From NCBI GenBank assembly GCA_963829055.1, contig CAWHHI010000012.1, positions 352,001-416,000 of the forward strand: a stretch of DNA of 64,000 nucleotides. The letters run 5' to 3'. This DNA comes from an uncultured Gemmatimonadaceae bacterium. Lineage in GTDB: Bacteria > Gemmatimonadota > Gemmatimonadetes > Gemmatimonadales > Gemmatimonadaceae. Under the pieces are notes generated by a model, which had not been told where the DNA came from, made no database searches, and saw only the letters and a program-made list of their open reading frames with translations. Below are positions 63,086 through 64,000 of this stretch, piece by piece. Within the stretch, counting starts at the first letter, position 1. Each line of letters begins with the position of its first letter. A program made the position numbers and the translations under genes.

Positions 63086-64000
63086 TCACCACGGAATGTC
63101 CTCACCGAACGGATCACCCGGCGGCGGACGAAGTGCCGGGCTCGGCGTCGGAAGCTCGCGACGCTCGATCCAGCGTACGAAGTCGCCGGCAAGGCTCGCG
63201 AAGTGCGCGCGCTGCTCGACCGTGCCCGCGCGTGACTGGCTGCGCGCTCGCGGCAGCAGCTCCGTGATCTTCAGCTCCGCCATCGCCCGGACCTCCGGCG
63301 CCGCACCGCTGTCGGCGGCGAGCGAGAGCAACCGGTCGGCGACAGCGCGCTGTGCGACGCGCGACAGCGCCGCCATCTTCGGCGAGGCGGGAGCGGCACG
63401 ACCCCATGTTCCATCGATGAGCGCGTCGATCGTCTGCGCCAGCGTTAGGCTGCGCTCGCCGTACGCCCCCTGCTGCACGAGACGGGCAGCCCGTTCGCGT
63501 TGGAGGACGCCGTCGACGATCATCTGCGCGAGCGTGCGGGCGGCGCCGAGCTCATCGAATGCCGGTCGAGTGCGCGTTCCGAACAGCTCGACGGACCCGC
63601 TGTACGAGAATGGCCGCGGCGCGAGCAGCGTCAGGACGGTGTCGGGGATCGCGAGCTCCGCTGGCTGTAGTCCCGCGACGAGCGCGGCAAGCGCCTGTCG
63701 TTGCCGCGCGGCACTGACTGGGCGCGATGCCTGCTGGCCATCGCCCGCGAGCGCGTTGCTGTACTCGAGCCCTCCAACCGCCTTCGTCGTGGAGTTGATC
63801 GCGAAGCGGTGGAAGAAGTAGAGCGGCGCAAAACGCTCCTGCAGCAGCGCCACCGGCTCGCCGGGTCGAAGATTCGCGAGTCCGAATCGGCTCATCGCCA
63901 CGCGGCGTACGTCCGTCTGATGCCGAAGGAATTCCAGCTCGGTCGCGGCGTCGTCCCAGAGATTCGTGCGCGGGTCCGAGGCGAAGTCGGGACGTGCGTC
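63086..64000 (-). CDS. Zinc-dependent metalloprotease (EcxA/DUF4953-like), 3' part
   Basis: NLWDD, PLYFFHRF, RQRQAL patterns; the HExxH site is not in the window. Confidence 0.6.
   Translation of the reverse strand, partial: DARPDFASDPRTNLWDDAATELEFLRHQTDVRRVAMSRFGLANLRPGEPVALLQERFAPLYFFHRFAINSTTKAVGGLEYSNALAGDGQQASRPVSAARQRQALAALVAGLQPAELAIPDTVLTLLAPRPFSYSGSVELFGTRTRPAFDELGAARTLAQMIVDGVLQRERAARLVQQGAYGERSLTLAQTIDALIDGTWGRAAPASPKMAALSRVAQRAVADRLLSLAADSGAAPEVRAMAELKITELLPRARSQSRAGTVEQRAHFASLAGDFVRWIERRELPTPSPALRPPPGDPFGEDIPW

Noticed and set aside
1..64000. tRNA, rRNA, transposase or prophage genes
   Set aside because: None recognised by eye; a covariance-model search was not possible.

Overview
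GC-rich bacterial chromosomal window. Gene content and order suggest a Gemmatimonadota-type genome (inference). Many indel frameshifts occur, including in topA and aroC, which points to long-read assembly error rather than true decay. Left part: start of the atp operon, a BsuPI-domain protein, an MBL-fold-like exported protein, a LytS/LytTR pair with an internally deleted regulator, a MoxR ATPase, four consecutive regulators, a beta-propeller protein, a SARP/BTAD-NTPase, and an HD-GYP / short-peptide / sigma54-activator locus. Middle: housekeeping genes (mog, gcvT, hemA, bcp, argF, hslUV, xerC, trmFO, topA, smg, aroK, aroC). Right: a type IVa pilus region (pilMNOPQ, minor pilins, two tandem major pilins, pilSR) containing a translationally coupled TMTC-like/GT-C/GT2 glycosyltransferase cassette, then a CBS protein, arfB and a metalloprotease. 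Best leads: (1) a non-palindromic octamer GCCTAACG found 31 times by eye on both strands; (2) an unannotated 15-aa peptide MISWILALAQMISWI with strong RBS and structured leader upstream of a membrane HD-GYP gene; (3) a bcp peroxiredoxin with in-frame TGA at the catalytic Cys plus a SECIS-like hairpin; (4) a candidate pilin O-glycosylation system.
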